A stretch of DNA of 64,000 nucleotides. It comes from Gemmatimonas sp. Its GTDB lineage: Bacteria > Gemmatimonadota > Gemmatimonadetes > Gemmatimonadales > Gemmatimonadaceae. Of the stretch, positions 41,677 to 50,660 are shown in pieces. The stretch is from NCBI GenBank assembly GCA_965279375.1, contig OZ257156.1, forward strand, positions 2,720,001 through 2,784,000, written 5' to 3'. Below the pieces are notes generated by a model. It saw only the letters and a program-made list of their open reading frames with translations, was not told the DNA's origin and did no database searches. The translations under genes and the position numbers were made by a program. How positions within the stretch are numbered: position 1 is the stretch's first letter; the number at the start of each line of letters is the position of its first letter.

Positions 41677-44097
41677 GTGCGCGTGCGACTGATCTCGCTC
41701 CGCCTACAGAACTTCCGTCAGCATGCTGATACGCGTCTGACGTTCGATCGCGGTCTGACGGGCATCATCGGCCCCAATGGATCCGGCAAGTCCACTCTTC
41801 TCGAAGCGATCGCGTGGGCGCTCTACGGCAACGCGGCTGCGCGCGGCACCCGCGATTCGATTCGCTTCTCGCGCGCCGCTGCACGCGCTTCTGTGCGCGT
41901 GGAACTGGAGTTCGAGCTGGCGGGACATCGCTATCGCGTCGTGCGCGGACTCACCAGCGCCGAGTGCTTCCTCGACGGTGGCGAGACGCCGATCGCGAAT
42001 ACGATCTCGGGTGTCAGCGAACTGTTGCAACGCCGGCTCGGCATGTCGCGCGCCGAGTTCTTTCACACCTACTTCACTGGCCAGAAAGAACTCGATGTCA
42101 TGGCCGCGCTTGGGCCCGCCGAGCGCGCGCGCTTTCTCTCGCGCGTACTGGGCTACGATCGCATTACAACCGCGCAGGAGCTCGTGCGCGAACGGCGGCG
42201 TGCGCTCACCGCCGAGCTGAATGGACTCAAGCAGGCGATGCCGGACCGCGAGACGGTGCATCGCAACGTCGCCGACGCCGAGACGCGCCTACGCGCCGCA
42301 CAAGCGCGTTTGCGCGATGCGCAGTTGCAGTACACGGCTGCCACGCAGTCGCTCGCAGCTGTCTCTCCACGTTGGACGGTGGCGCAGTCGGAGCGGGAAC
42401 GCGCGCAGCAGCTCTTGGCCGAGCGGCGCCTCGCCGAGAACGACGTCAGTTCGTTCACGCGCGATCTGGAGCGGTTGGCGCAGGAGACATCGGCGATAGA
42501 GTCGGCGCAGCAGGAGCTGGCGCCGTTGCTCGTGACGCTGGCGCCGTTGGCGACGATGCAGGCGGAGCTGCTCGAGTTCGATCGGCTGGCCGCTGCAGAC
42601 TCCACTCGGCAAACGCTCGTGGAACGCGCGCGCGCACTCAACGAGGAAGACGCGCGCTACGCGGAGCGCATGACCAAGCTGGAAACGGCCCCGGCACTCG
42701 AAGTCGAGACGCAGAAGCAGCTGACCACCGCGCGGGCGCAGCTTGTCGCGGTGGAGCAATCGCTGGAGACGGAGCGGACTGCGTGGGTGCGCGACAAGCA
42801 GGAGGCCGAGACTCGGTTGGAGTCGTTGCGCACGCAGTACACCGAGCTGACCGAGCAGCGCGACACGCTCGAGGGGTTGGGGGAGGAGAGTCCGTGCCCC
42901 ACCTGCGGGCGTCCACTCGGTGCCTCGTATCGCAGCGTGCTTGAACTGCTCACGGAGCAGGTCGAAGTGGTCCGCACCGATGGCAACTACTATCGGCAGC
43001 GCGTGGAGCAGCTGAGGCGCACACCAGAGGTTGTGGAAACGCTCGACGAGCAGCGCAAGGCGGCGCAGCAGGACGTGTCCAGCAGCGAGCGACGGTTAGG
43101 GAAGATTCAGGACGCGGTCAAGGAGCTCGCCGAACTGGGCAAGCAGCGAGCGGATCGCGCCAAGCTCCTCGAAGAAGCGCGCGCGACCGTGGCAGCCTTG
43201 CCGACCGGGTACGATGCCGCACGCCACGCGACGCATCGGGTGGATGTGGCGCGCCTGAGCGAAGTCAGCACGCGCGCCGCCCGTCTCTCGGGACTGGTGG
43301 AGCGAGCGGGCACCACGCAGATCGAGCGTGAGCGCGTGCGCGCGCTACGCGACAGCGCGATGACCAAGGTGCAGACGCTCGAAGAGCAGGCCGGATCCCT
43401 GCCGCAGGGCGACACCGACTACCTCGCGATTCGTGATGCGTTCGAGCAGGCCGAGCTTCAGGCGCGGCGCGCGGAGCTGGAGTCGGTGAGCGCGACGGCG
43501 GAAGTCACGCGCACAAGCAGCGAAGTCGAGAACGCCCAACGGGTGCGTGTGGAGCTGATGCGATTGGAAGAGTCGCAACAGCGACTCGAGTCGGAACGCC
43601 GGCTACACGATGAGCTCGATCGCGCGTTCACCGACCTGCGCACCGACCTCAACTTCCAGCTGCGTCCGGAGCTGGCCGAAATCGCCAGTGGGTTCCTCGA
43701 CTCCCTGACTGACGGGCGATACAACGCCCTCGAGTTCGATGAGGACTACAACCTGCTGGTGCTGGAGGAGGGCGTGCCCAAGCCCGTCATCTCCGGTGGT
43801 GAAGAAGATCTGTGCAATCTCGTGTTGCGTCTGGCCATTTCCCAGATGATCGCCGAGCGCGCGGGACAGGCCTTCTCGCTGCTGATTCTGGATGAAGTCT
43901 TCGGTTCGCTGGATGATACTCGGCGCGGCAACGTGATCGACCTGCTGCGTCGCCTGAACGATCGCTTCGAACAGGTGATCGTGATTACACATATCGAGCA
44001 GGTGCGGGAGGGACTGGATCGGGTGCTCGTGGTGCGCTTCGACGAGGAACGCGGCACGAGCGTCGTGACCGCGGGGACGGAGGCGCTGGTCGAGTAG
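41677..44097 (+). CDS. sbcC: Rad50/SbcC SMC-family ATPase
   Basis: Walker A GPNGSGKST, Q-loop FTGQ, long coiled coils, central Zn hook CPTC (42895-42906), signature ISGGE, Walker B/D-loop LILDEVFGSLD, VITH. Confidence 0.95.
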   Translation: MRVRLISLRLQNFRQHADTRLTFDRGLTGIIGPNGSGKSTLLEAIAWALYGNAAARGTRDSIRFSRAAARASVRVELEFELAGHRYRVVRGLTSAECFLDGGETPIANTISGVSELLQRRLGMSRAEFFHTYFTGQKELDVMAALGPAERARFLSRVLGYDRITTAQELVRERRRALTAELNGLKQAMPDRETVHRNVADAETRLRAAQARLRDAQLQYTAATQSLAAVSPRWTVAQSERERAQQLLAERRLAENDVSSFTRDLERLAQETSAIESAQQELAPLLVTLAPLATMQAELLEFDRLAAADSTRQTLVERARALNEEDARYAERMTKLETAPALEVETQKQLTTARAQLVAVEQSLETERTAWVRDKQEAETRLESLRTQYTELTEQRDTLEGLGEESPCPTCGRPLGASYRSVLELLTEQVEVVRTDGNYYRQRVEQLRRTPEVVETLDEQRKAAQQDVSSSERRLGKIQDAVKELAELGKQRADRAKLLEEARATVAALPTGYDAARHATHRVDVARLSEVSTRAARLSGLVERAGTTQIERERVRALRDSAMTKVQTLEEQAGSLPQGDTDYLAIRDAFEQAELQARRAELESVSATAEVTRTSSEVENAQRVRVELMRLEESQQRLESERRLHDELDRAFTDLRTDLNFQLRPELAEIASGFLDSLTDGRYNALEFDEDYNLLVLEEGVPKPVISGGEEDLCNLVLRLAISQMIAERAGQAFSLLILDEVFGSLDDTRRGNVIDLLRRLNDRFEQVIVITHIEQVREGLDRVLVVRFDEERGTSVVTAGTEALVE

Positions 44098-44167
44098 TCG
44101 CTTCTCCAGCACGTCAATACGTCTACTCGTTCATCACGCGGAAGCGCCGCCGCAGCACGGTAGTACG

Positions 44168-45055
44168 CTACGATTGCTTCCCGGTCTCGCTGGTCGGCGC
44201 TTCGTAGCGCGCGACGCCAAGACGCCCCTGTTTGGCGACGTACATCGCGGAATCGGCGAGCTTGCACAACGTTTCGGCCGTGGTGCCGTCGTCAGGGAAG
44301 ACGGCGACGCCTACGCTCGCGCCAACGGACACGCGGAGTTCGTCGATCTCGCACGGCTGGGCGACGTGATCCACGAGCGCGGTGGCGAACTGGATCGCGG
44401 CCGCATCATGCTGCAGCTCGAGCATGAGAATCAGGAACTCGTCGCCACCCCGTCGCCCGACGCTGTCGCCGCCACGCACAAAGCTGCTCAGCCGCTGCGC
44501 GACTACTTGCAGTACGCGATCACCGATGTCGTGGCCATGCGTATCGTTGATCAGCTTGAACCCGTCCAGGTCGAGAAAGAGGACGGCTAGCCGCCATTCA
44601 TGACGTCGCGCCTGCTCCAGCGCCGTTTCCAGACGATCGGCAAACAGCGTGGCGTTTGGGAGCTCCGTGACGGCGTCGTGCAGCGCGCGATGTCGCGCCG
44701 CCTCCTCGGAGGCTCTGCTTTCCAGCAGCGCCGAATCGCTCTCTGATACGCGGAGCTCGAGGGCGTCGCGCTCGGCGACTTCCTCCACCAGCGCTTCCTT
44801 GACCGCGACGAGTTCCTGCGCCGCTTGCTGCACCTTGGTCTCGACAACGACACTCTGCAGGAGCGCCTGCTCCACCTCGATCGATGGCGGATTGGCCGCA
44901 ACGTCGTTGGAGAGAGCAGCGTTCACACGCGCGAGATCCTGCGCCGCTTCCTCGACCTTTTCTTTGACTTGCTCGCTCCGGTCGATGGCGCGATGCAGCG
45001 GCGGCGTGTGAGGGGGCAGCGGCGTGGGAGGGGGCGTACGGTGGCTTCGTGACAT
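44168..45055 (-). CDS. Diguanylate cyclase with N-terminal coiled coil
   Basis: HDAVTELPN, DLDGFKLINDTHGHDIGD, I-site RGGD five residues before GGDEF. Start estimated. Confidence 0.92.
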   Translation of the reverse strand: MSRSHRTPPPTPLPPHTPPLHRAIDRSEQVKEKVEEAAQDLARVNAALSNDVAANPPSIEVEQALLQSVVVETKVQQAAQELVAVKEALVEEVAERDALELRVSESDSALLESRASEEAARHRALHDAVTELPNATLFADRLETALEQARRHEWRLAVLFLDLDGFKLINDTHGHDIGDRVLQVVAQRLSSFVRGGDSVGRRGGDEFLILMLELQHDAAAIQFATALVDHVAQPCEIDELRVSVGASVGVAVFPDDGTTAETLCKLADSAMYVAKQGRLGVARYEAPTSETGKQS

Positions 45056-45332
45056 CGCGCCTGCGCTCCTGCAGAGGTCGTCCAGCGATCGTTCAAAGCG
45101 GTCAAGAGGTCGTCGGTCGATCATCGGCCACGAAGACCCCGAGTCGGACCGTCTCGCCGCCCGTTTCCTGCGGCGGCTCCTGCACGACACCTCAGGGAAG
45201 GTAGCCTCGCGCGCATGCGGACATCGCATGCTGACATCGCATGCGGACACGCTGGCAGGCGATATTTCCGACTCGAGCGGGCTCGCGGCAAACTGGTGCG
45301 TGAGTCTTGCGAATACCGTCGCCTCGTTTGCC

Positions 45333-46274
45333 ATGACGCCAACTCGCCTTCAACGATCGCTTCGCGCGTGCGCCGCGATGTCCGCGCTGCTTGCGGTGAC
45401 AGGCACTGCCCAATCCGCAGGAGCGCAGCCCAACGTCATTCCGCATCGTGTGTGGGAGGCAACGCCACCGCTCGGCTATGCGGCCGACGCCACACGACGA
45501 AACAAGCGTGCAGGCGACTCGCTTGCCTTTCGTGAATTGATCGTGTCGGTGCTCGCCACGCGAGTGGATTCGAGCGGGCCCAAGCCGGTCGATGTGGCAC
45601 AACTGCGTCTCACACTGGGCAACGCATCCGAGACGCGGAATGCACGCGAAGGATCGGCGTTCAATTGGCGCGGATACCACGTGGCCGTCGTGGCAGTGTA
45701 CGGCCCTGGTGAACTCGGCGCGGGGCTCGCGGCTCTGGAGGTCGCGACGATCGCCTCGCTGCCACCAGCGATTGCCTCGTCGGACAGTGCCGGGGGCGCC
45801 GCCATGCGACTGCGCATTCCGCATCGCATCTCGTACGTCACGCTGCATCACACCGGCGATGCGCGGCCGCTTCTGCCCACCGACGACCCCGCGGCGAAGT
45901 TGCGCGCGTTGCAGACGTGGGGCGCTCGCGATCGAAACTGGTGGGATGTGCCGTATCACTTTCTGCTCGACCTCGATGGCCGCGCGTTCGAAGGCCGTGA
46001 CTGGCATTTCATGGGCGAGACCAATACCGCGTACGATCCAGGCGGCCACTTTCTCATCAGCGTTATTGGCAACTACGACCTGCAGGAACCCACAGCGGCA
46101 CAGCTCAACGCGATTGCCGATCTGATGGCGTGGGCCGTTCGAGAGTTCGACGTGCCATTGGGGCGCATTGGCGGCCACTACAACTACGCCGACTCCGGAT
46201 GCCCGGGGAAGGCGCTGCGGCGCTATCTCGAGGACGGCACCTTCCGGCGCATGGTCGCGGATCGGCTGCGCTAG
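45333..46274 (+). CDS. Exported N-acetylmuramoyl-L-alanine amidase (Amidase_2/PGRP-like)
   Basis: Signal peptide; TLHHTG, WDVPYHFL...FEGR, IGNYD, GHYNYADSGCPG (His/His/Cys Zn ligands). Confidence 0.88.
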   Translation: MTPTRLQRSLRACAAMSALLAVTGTAQSAGAQPNVIPHRVWEATPPLGYAADATRRNKRAGDSLAFRELIVSVLATRVDSSGPKPVDVAQLRLTLGNASETRNAREGSAFNWRGYHVAVVAVYGPGELGAGLAALEVATIASLPPAIASSDSAGGAAMRLRIPHRISYVTLHHTGDARPLLPTDDPAAKLRALQTWGARDRNWWDVPYHFLLDLDGRAFEGRDWHFMGETNTAYDPGGHFLISVIGNYDLQEPTAAQLNAIADLMAWAVREFDVPLGRIGGHYNYADSGCPGKALRRYLEDGTFRRMVADRLR

Positions 46275-46457
46275 CCGAGGTGGGGCCGCCACAGCGGAAT
46301 CGCAACAGCGCCCTCGGGGAATCGCGGGTGTTCCGCCGAAGTGGCATCGGGTTCCTCGACGCCCCACGCGACTTGCGCTACAATGACTTCAGTTGGCCAC
46401 GCGGCATTGCCCATCGACGCACGGTGCCGCACGAACGAGCGCTCCGAACCGGTTCAC

Positions 46458-47435
46458 GTGACAGCCACTCCACGCAGCTGGCGCAGTACCCGTCCCGTCG
46501 AGGGGCCCTTCGTTGCCTCCGTGCAGGACATCGACGGACTCAACGATGTCTTCTCCGACGCGTTCACCGAGCGCTACCGGCGCGACGGACTCACTGGCGT
46601 GCGCGTTCCGCCGCTCAATCCGTCCATCTGGCGCTACGCCATTGAAGATGCGGGCGATGGCGCGCTCTGCTGGCGCGACGAGCGCGGACGGATTGCGGCC
46701 TTCAACATCGTGCACCATTCAGGAACCGAAGGCTGGATGGGTCCGCTCTGTGTGCGTCCGGATCAGCAGGGCGCCGGACTCGGCAAGATCATCGTGCAGA
46801 GCGGCATGAACTGGCTGCGGAAGAACGAGGCCAAGGTCATTGGGTTGGAAACGATGCCGCGGACGATGGACAACATCGGCTTCTACTCGAATCTTGGCTT
46901 CGTCCCCGGCTATCTGACCGTCACGCTGACGCTCGATGCGGTTGCCGGTGATCGCGCGCCCACGTTGCTCTCGCGCTTCAACGCGGCGGACAAGAGTCTC
47001 GTGTTCGAGCGCTGTCGCGAGCTGACGCAGAGCGTGATGCCGGGCTACGACTTCACGCGCGAGCTCGAACTTACCGATCGTCTTGAACTCGGCGACACGC
47101 TGCTGCTGGGGACGCCGGACGCGTTGCGCGGATTTGCACTCTGTCACACCGCACCGCTGGTGGAAGGTCGCGCCCGTGACGAACTGCGTGTGCTCAAGCT
47201 CGTGCTCTCCAAGCGCACCGATTTGCCGCAGATGCTGGGCGCGCTCACCGATCTGGCGCGGCGCAGCGGTGCGCGACGGCTCGCGGTGCGACTACAGGGA
47301 GACTATCCCGACGCGTATCGCACCTTCGTGGCGCTCGGCGCGCGGGTGCGCTGGACCGATCTGCGCATGAGTGCCACCGGGTGGAGCGAAGTTGCGCCGA
47401 CCGACGGGATGGTGCTGTCGAACTGGGAGATTTGA
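46458..47435 (+). CDS. GNAT-family N-acetyltransferase (tandem GNAT-like)
   Basis: MGPLCVRPDQQGAGLGK acetyl-CoA motif A; NIGFYSNLGF. Start estimated. Confidence 0.88.
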   Translation: MTATPRSWRSTRPVEGPFVASVQDIDGLNDVFSDAFTERYRRDGLTGVRVPPLNPSIWRYAIEDAGDGALCWRDERGRIAAFNIVHHSGTEGWMGPLCVRPDQQGAGLGKIIVQSGMNWLRKNEAKVIGLETMPRTMDNIGFYSNLGFVPGYLTVTLTLDAVAGDRAPTLLSRFNAADKSLVFERCRELTQSVMPGYDFTRELELTDRLELGDTLLLGTPDALRGFALCHTAPLVEGRARDELRVLKLVLSKRTDLPQMLGALTDLARRSGARRLAVRLQGDYPDAYRTFVALGARVRWTDLRMSATGWSEVAPTDGMVLSNWEI

Positions 47436-47476
47436 CGCGCGATCCGGCACGAGTCGGAGAGCGCGCGACGAGTCGA

Positions 47477-47668
47477 TCAGCGCTTCGGCGACGTCTGGCT
47501 GCCCGACGCGGTGGACTGTGCACGTGTCCCGCGGATCACGATGCGCCAGATCAGCAGAAACACGCCGGCAGTGAGTAGCAAATGCACGAAGCCGGGCGCC
47601 TCTGTGGTCATCGTGATTCCAGCCCAGGCTGCAAGCATCACAACCGCAACAATTGTTAACGGATCCAT
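47477..47668 (-). CDS. Small membrane protein, lmo0937-family-like
   Basis: Two hydrophobic segments with a central GFVHLLL and terminal RIVIRG pattern. Confidence 0.65.
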   Translation of the reverse strand: MDPLTIVAVVMLAAWAGITMTTEAPGFVHLLLTAGVFLLIWRIVIRGTRAQSTASGSQTSPKR

Positions 47669-47800
47669 AGGTCTTGGTCGGATTGCGCGCCGCGCGGCGC
47701 AGGTGATACCTTCGTGGAAGCTCGGGTACGGAGAGATTTACTTCTTGAGCCGATAAGTCCATAGAGAAGGCGCGACAAACTGTGTAAACGTCACGCCCCA

Positions 47801-47912
47801 GTGCGGGGAAGGCGGAAGCGTGGTGAGTGCCTTATTTGTATTCTTTGGGCTTCAAGATCACCTCTCCCTGCCCGTATTTTTCCGAAAACCCCGCTCTGGC
47901 GGGGTTTTCGCG
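47801..47912 (+). ncRNA. Candidate small structured RNA or attenuated leader
   Basis: AT-richer island with a nested hairpin (47802-47876) directly followed by a terminator, in a divergent intergenic region. Matches no family I recognise; strand uncertain. Confidence 0.35.
47883..47910. terminator. Intrinsic terminator-like hairpin
   Basis: CGAAAACCCCGC-tctg-GCGGGGTTTTCG, perfect 12-bp stem with A and T tracts. Confidence 0.8.
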
Positions 47913-48049
47913 TTCGTGGCGACGCCTCGCAATCGTGGGAACGTGCCCGTTGAACGAGGGGTTTAGATCGGACGGGTGTTGCCGGCAGCCCGTGTAGTAC
48001 GCGACTCGAGTGGTCGCCATCCTTCCTGATGTCCCGGCTGAGGAGTCTC

Positions 48050-48463
48050 ATGGCTATCGTGACGGTCACGCGTCTGTTGCGCTTCAATGCAGCGCATCGC
48101 GTGCACAACCCCGCCCTCTCCGATGAGGAGAACACCCGCCTGTTCGGCAAGTGCAACAACCCGAACTGGCACGGGCACAATTACACGCTCGAAGTCTCTG
48201 TGCGTGGTCCGGTGGATGAACGCACGGGATACGTCATCGATCTGGGCGCGCTGCGCGACATCGTCGAGCGCGACGTCATCGAGCAGACGGATCATCGCAA
48301 CTTCAACATCGATGTCGGCTACATGCACGGGATCATTCCGACGACCGAGAACGTTGTTGTAGCCATGTGGCGCGTTTTGGCGCCCGTCGTCGCGCCCGGC
48401 CAGCTCGTTCGACTGCGCCTGTGGGAAACGGAAAACAACTACGTGGACTATGAAGGGGAATAG
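48050..48463 (+). CDS. 6-pyruvoyl-tetrahydropterin synthase, PTPS-II type (C-X5-HGH)
   Basis: [44 protein letters not shown] before ATG 48050. Confidence 0.9.
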   Translation: MAIVTVTRLLRFNAAHRVHNPALSDEENTRLFGKCNNPNWHGHNYTLEVSVRGPVDERTGYVIDLGALRDIVERDVIEQTDHRNFNIDVGYMHGIIPTTENVVVAMWRVLAPVVAPGQLVRLRLWETENNYVDYEGE

Positions 48464-49103
48464 GATCGTGCTGCGTGCACCGACCGCACCCATGGTCGGA
48501 GAGGATTCCGACGATATGATCGCCAATGGCGATCGCATGGTGGACTTCGAAAACGTCATCCGTCGCCAGTTGGAATTGCTTGGCGAGGATCCGGAGCGCG
48601 AGGGACTGCTCAAGACGCCGAGCCGCGTGGCCAAGGCGCTGTCCTGGCTCACGCGCGGCTATGAGCTGGACCCCAAGGAAGTCATCGGGGACGCGCTCTT
48701 CGCCGAGGCGCACGAAAACATGGTGATGGTCCGCGACATCGAGATGTACTCGATGTGCGAGCATCACATGTTGCCGTTCTTCGGGAAGGTGCACATCGCC
48801 TACATCCCCAACGGCAAGATCGTCGGCCTCTCCAAGCTGCCGCGCGTCGTGGAAGTCTTCGCGCGTCGCCTGCAGGTGCAGGAGCGACTCGGCGAACAGA
48901 TTGCCAACGCGCTCGACGAAGTGCTGCAGCCCAAGGGTGTCGGTGTGGTCATCGAAGCCGTACACTTGTGCATGATGATGCGCGGCGTGGAGAAGCAGAG
49001 TTCGCGCACCATCACGTCGTCGCTGCGCGGTCAGTTCCGCGACGACGCCAAGACGCGCAGTGAGTTCCTGCGTCTCGCACATGGGCGGGGCGATCAGTAC
49101 TGA
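48450..49103 (+). CDS. folE: GTP cyclohydrolase I
   Basis: [47 protein letters not shown]. Confidence 0.97.
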   Translation: MKGNRIVLRAPTAPMVGEDSDDMIANGDRMVDFENVIRRQLELLGEDPEREGLLKTPSRVAKALSWLTRGYELDPKEVIGDALFAEAHENMVMVRDIEMYSMCEHHMLPFFGKVHIAYIPNGKIVGLSKLPRVVEVFARRLQVQERLGEQIANALDEVLQPKGVGVVIEAVHLCMMMRGVEKQSSRTITSSLRGQFRDDAKTRSEFLRLAHGRGDQY

Positions 49104-49125
49104 GTAACCGCATAGCGAGGGTGCG

Positions 49126-49842
49126 ATGAATCTGGTGGGCCGCAGCGCTGTCATTTCCGGCGCCTCCCGTGGCATTGGCCGGGCCATCGCACAATCTCTC
49201 GCCTCAGACGGCGCCCGCGTTTATCTGCTCGCGCGCGGCGTGCCCGATCTGCGTGAAGCAGCGGCCGCGATTGGTCCGCTCGCCGTGCCCATCGTCTGCG
49301 ACGTAGCCGACACCGTCTCCGTGGGCGCCGCCGTCGCCGCGATCGCCGACAGCACGTTGCACGGCGCTCCGGACATCCTCGTCAACAACGCGGGGATGTT
49401 TCCGCTCGCTCCGCTCGATGTGCTCGACGCCGAGACCTTCGCTCGCACGGTGGACGTGAATCTGGTCGCGCCGTTTCGACTGCTGCGCGCACTGATCCCG
49501 GCGATGCGCGCGCGCGGCAGCGGTCACATCGTCACCATCGGCTCCGTCGCTGATCGCAGCATCTTCCCCGGCAACGGTGCCTACTCGGCGAGCAAATTCG
49601 GGCAGCGTGCGATGCACGAAGTGCTGCGCACCGAACTGCAGGGCTCAGGCATCCGCAGCACGATCATATCGCCGGCCGCGACTGACACGCCCATCTGGGA
49701 TCCCATCGATCCCGACAACCAGCCAGGATTTCCGTCGCGCGCCAGCATGCTGCGCCCCGCGGATGTCGCCGACGCCGTACGCTGGGCCGTCACCAGACCC
49801 GCGCACGTCAACATCGACGAGCTGCGTCTCTCCAGCAGCTGA
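49126..49842 (+). CDS. SDR oxidoreductase, possibly sepiapterin reductase
   Basis: GASRGIG, NNAG, YSASK; YSASKFGQR...SPAATDTPIW; directly follows PTPS and folE. Confidence 0.85.
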   Translation: MNLVGRSAVISGASRGIGRAIAQSLASDGARVYLLARGVPDLREAAAAIGPLAVPIVCDVADTVSVGAAVAAIADSTLHGAPDILVNNAGMFPLAPLDVLDAETFARTVDVNLVAPFRLLRALIPAMRARGSGHIVTIGSVADRSIFPGNGAYSASKFGQRAMHEVLRTELQGSGIRSTIISPAATDTPIWDPIDPDNQPGFPSRASMLRPADVADAVRWAVTRPAHVNIDELRLSSS

Positions 49843-49846
49843 TCGC

Positions 49847-50518
49847 GTGCGCGTAGACGTCATCGAACTGCTGCGCTGCCCGCGTCCCCATGCGCAGTCG
49901 CCACTGATCACCGTCGCTGATCGGCGCGATGGCGACAACCTGCTCGATGGCACACTCGGCTGCGTCGTGTGCGGCGCTGAGTACGCGCTCAGGGACGGCG
50001 TGGCGCATCTGGGTGGCGAGGTCTCACCCGAGGTCTTGGTTGACGCTGATATGGCCGCGTCGGTGTCACCGCCCGATCCACTGCGCGTTGCCGCGCTGCT
50101 CGGCCTCAGCGATGTCACCACGCGTGGTGTGCTCTGTGGTGCGCTGGCGAGCGCGTGCGGGCCGATCGAGGAGCTGACAGGCGCGCGGTGCCTGGCGGTC
50201 AACCCTCTCGTCGCATCGAACCAATCGCCGGACGCATTGGCTGCGAACGGTGTGCCCGCGACCGATACGATCCTGCTCGACGGGTATGGCCTGCTCCCAC
50301 TGCCCAACGGATCGCTGCAGGGGCTGGCGGTCGATGTCGTGCATCATGCGCTTCTCGCGGACGCGACGCGAGCGGTACGGCGCGGCGGGCGCGTCGTTGG
50401 GCCGGTCTCGGTAGCCGTGCCCGCAGGCTGCCGCGAGTTGGCCCGGGACGACGCGGAGTGGGTCGCCGAGGTTGAGACGACGTCAAGCGAGCCCGTGCGA
50501 ATTTCTCGCGCGCGCTGA
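49847..50518 (+). CDS. Trm112-like N-terminal domain plus degenerate class I methyltransferase-like domain
   Basis: GTG 49847: IELLRCP...GTLGCVVCGAEYALRDGV; later LPLPNGSLQG...RAVRRGGRV. Confidence 0.6.
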   Translation: MRVDVIELLRCPRPHAQSPLITVADRRDGDNLLDGTLGCVVCGAEYALRDGVAHLGGEVSPEVLVDADMAASVSPPDPLRVAALLGLSDVTTRGVLCGALASACGPIEELTGARCLAVNPLVASNQSPDALAANGVPATDTILLDGYGLLPLPNGSLQGLAVDVVHHALLADATRAVRRGGRVVGPVSVAVPAGCRELARDDAEWVAEVETTSSEPVRISRAR

Positions 50519-50660
50519 ACGCGCTCGCTGGGACGCATCGTTTGGCGGTTACGCCGTGGTCGATTGGCGTGCATTGTGGTGGTGCGTTCAGTATTGCCCT
50601 CCCGGCGCCAGCGCGTGGGCTGGTGCGCACTCCTTTCCCGCAAGCGAGTCTCGGAAAACC

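Noticed and set aside
36331..44097. Anti-phage interpretation (Sir2-HerA, HerA-DUF4297, Lamassu or Wadjet SMC)
   Set aside because: The partners are NurA and Mre11, the SMC protein has a Rad50 Zn hook, composition looks like the flanks, and no defence-island or mobility genes are adjacent. A secondary defence role is not excluded.
47832..48020. 62-aa minus-strand ORF in the intergenic island
   Set aside because: It runs through a terminator hairpin, has atypical composition and shows no recognisable motif.
48050..48463. queD / queuosine pathway call with a preQ1 riboswitch
   Set aside because: The motif is C-X5-HGH rather than C-X3-HGH, no queC/E/F genes are nearby, and no preQ1 consensus lies upstream.
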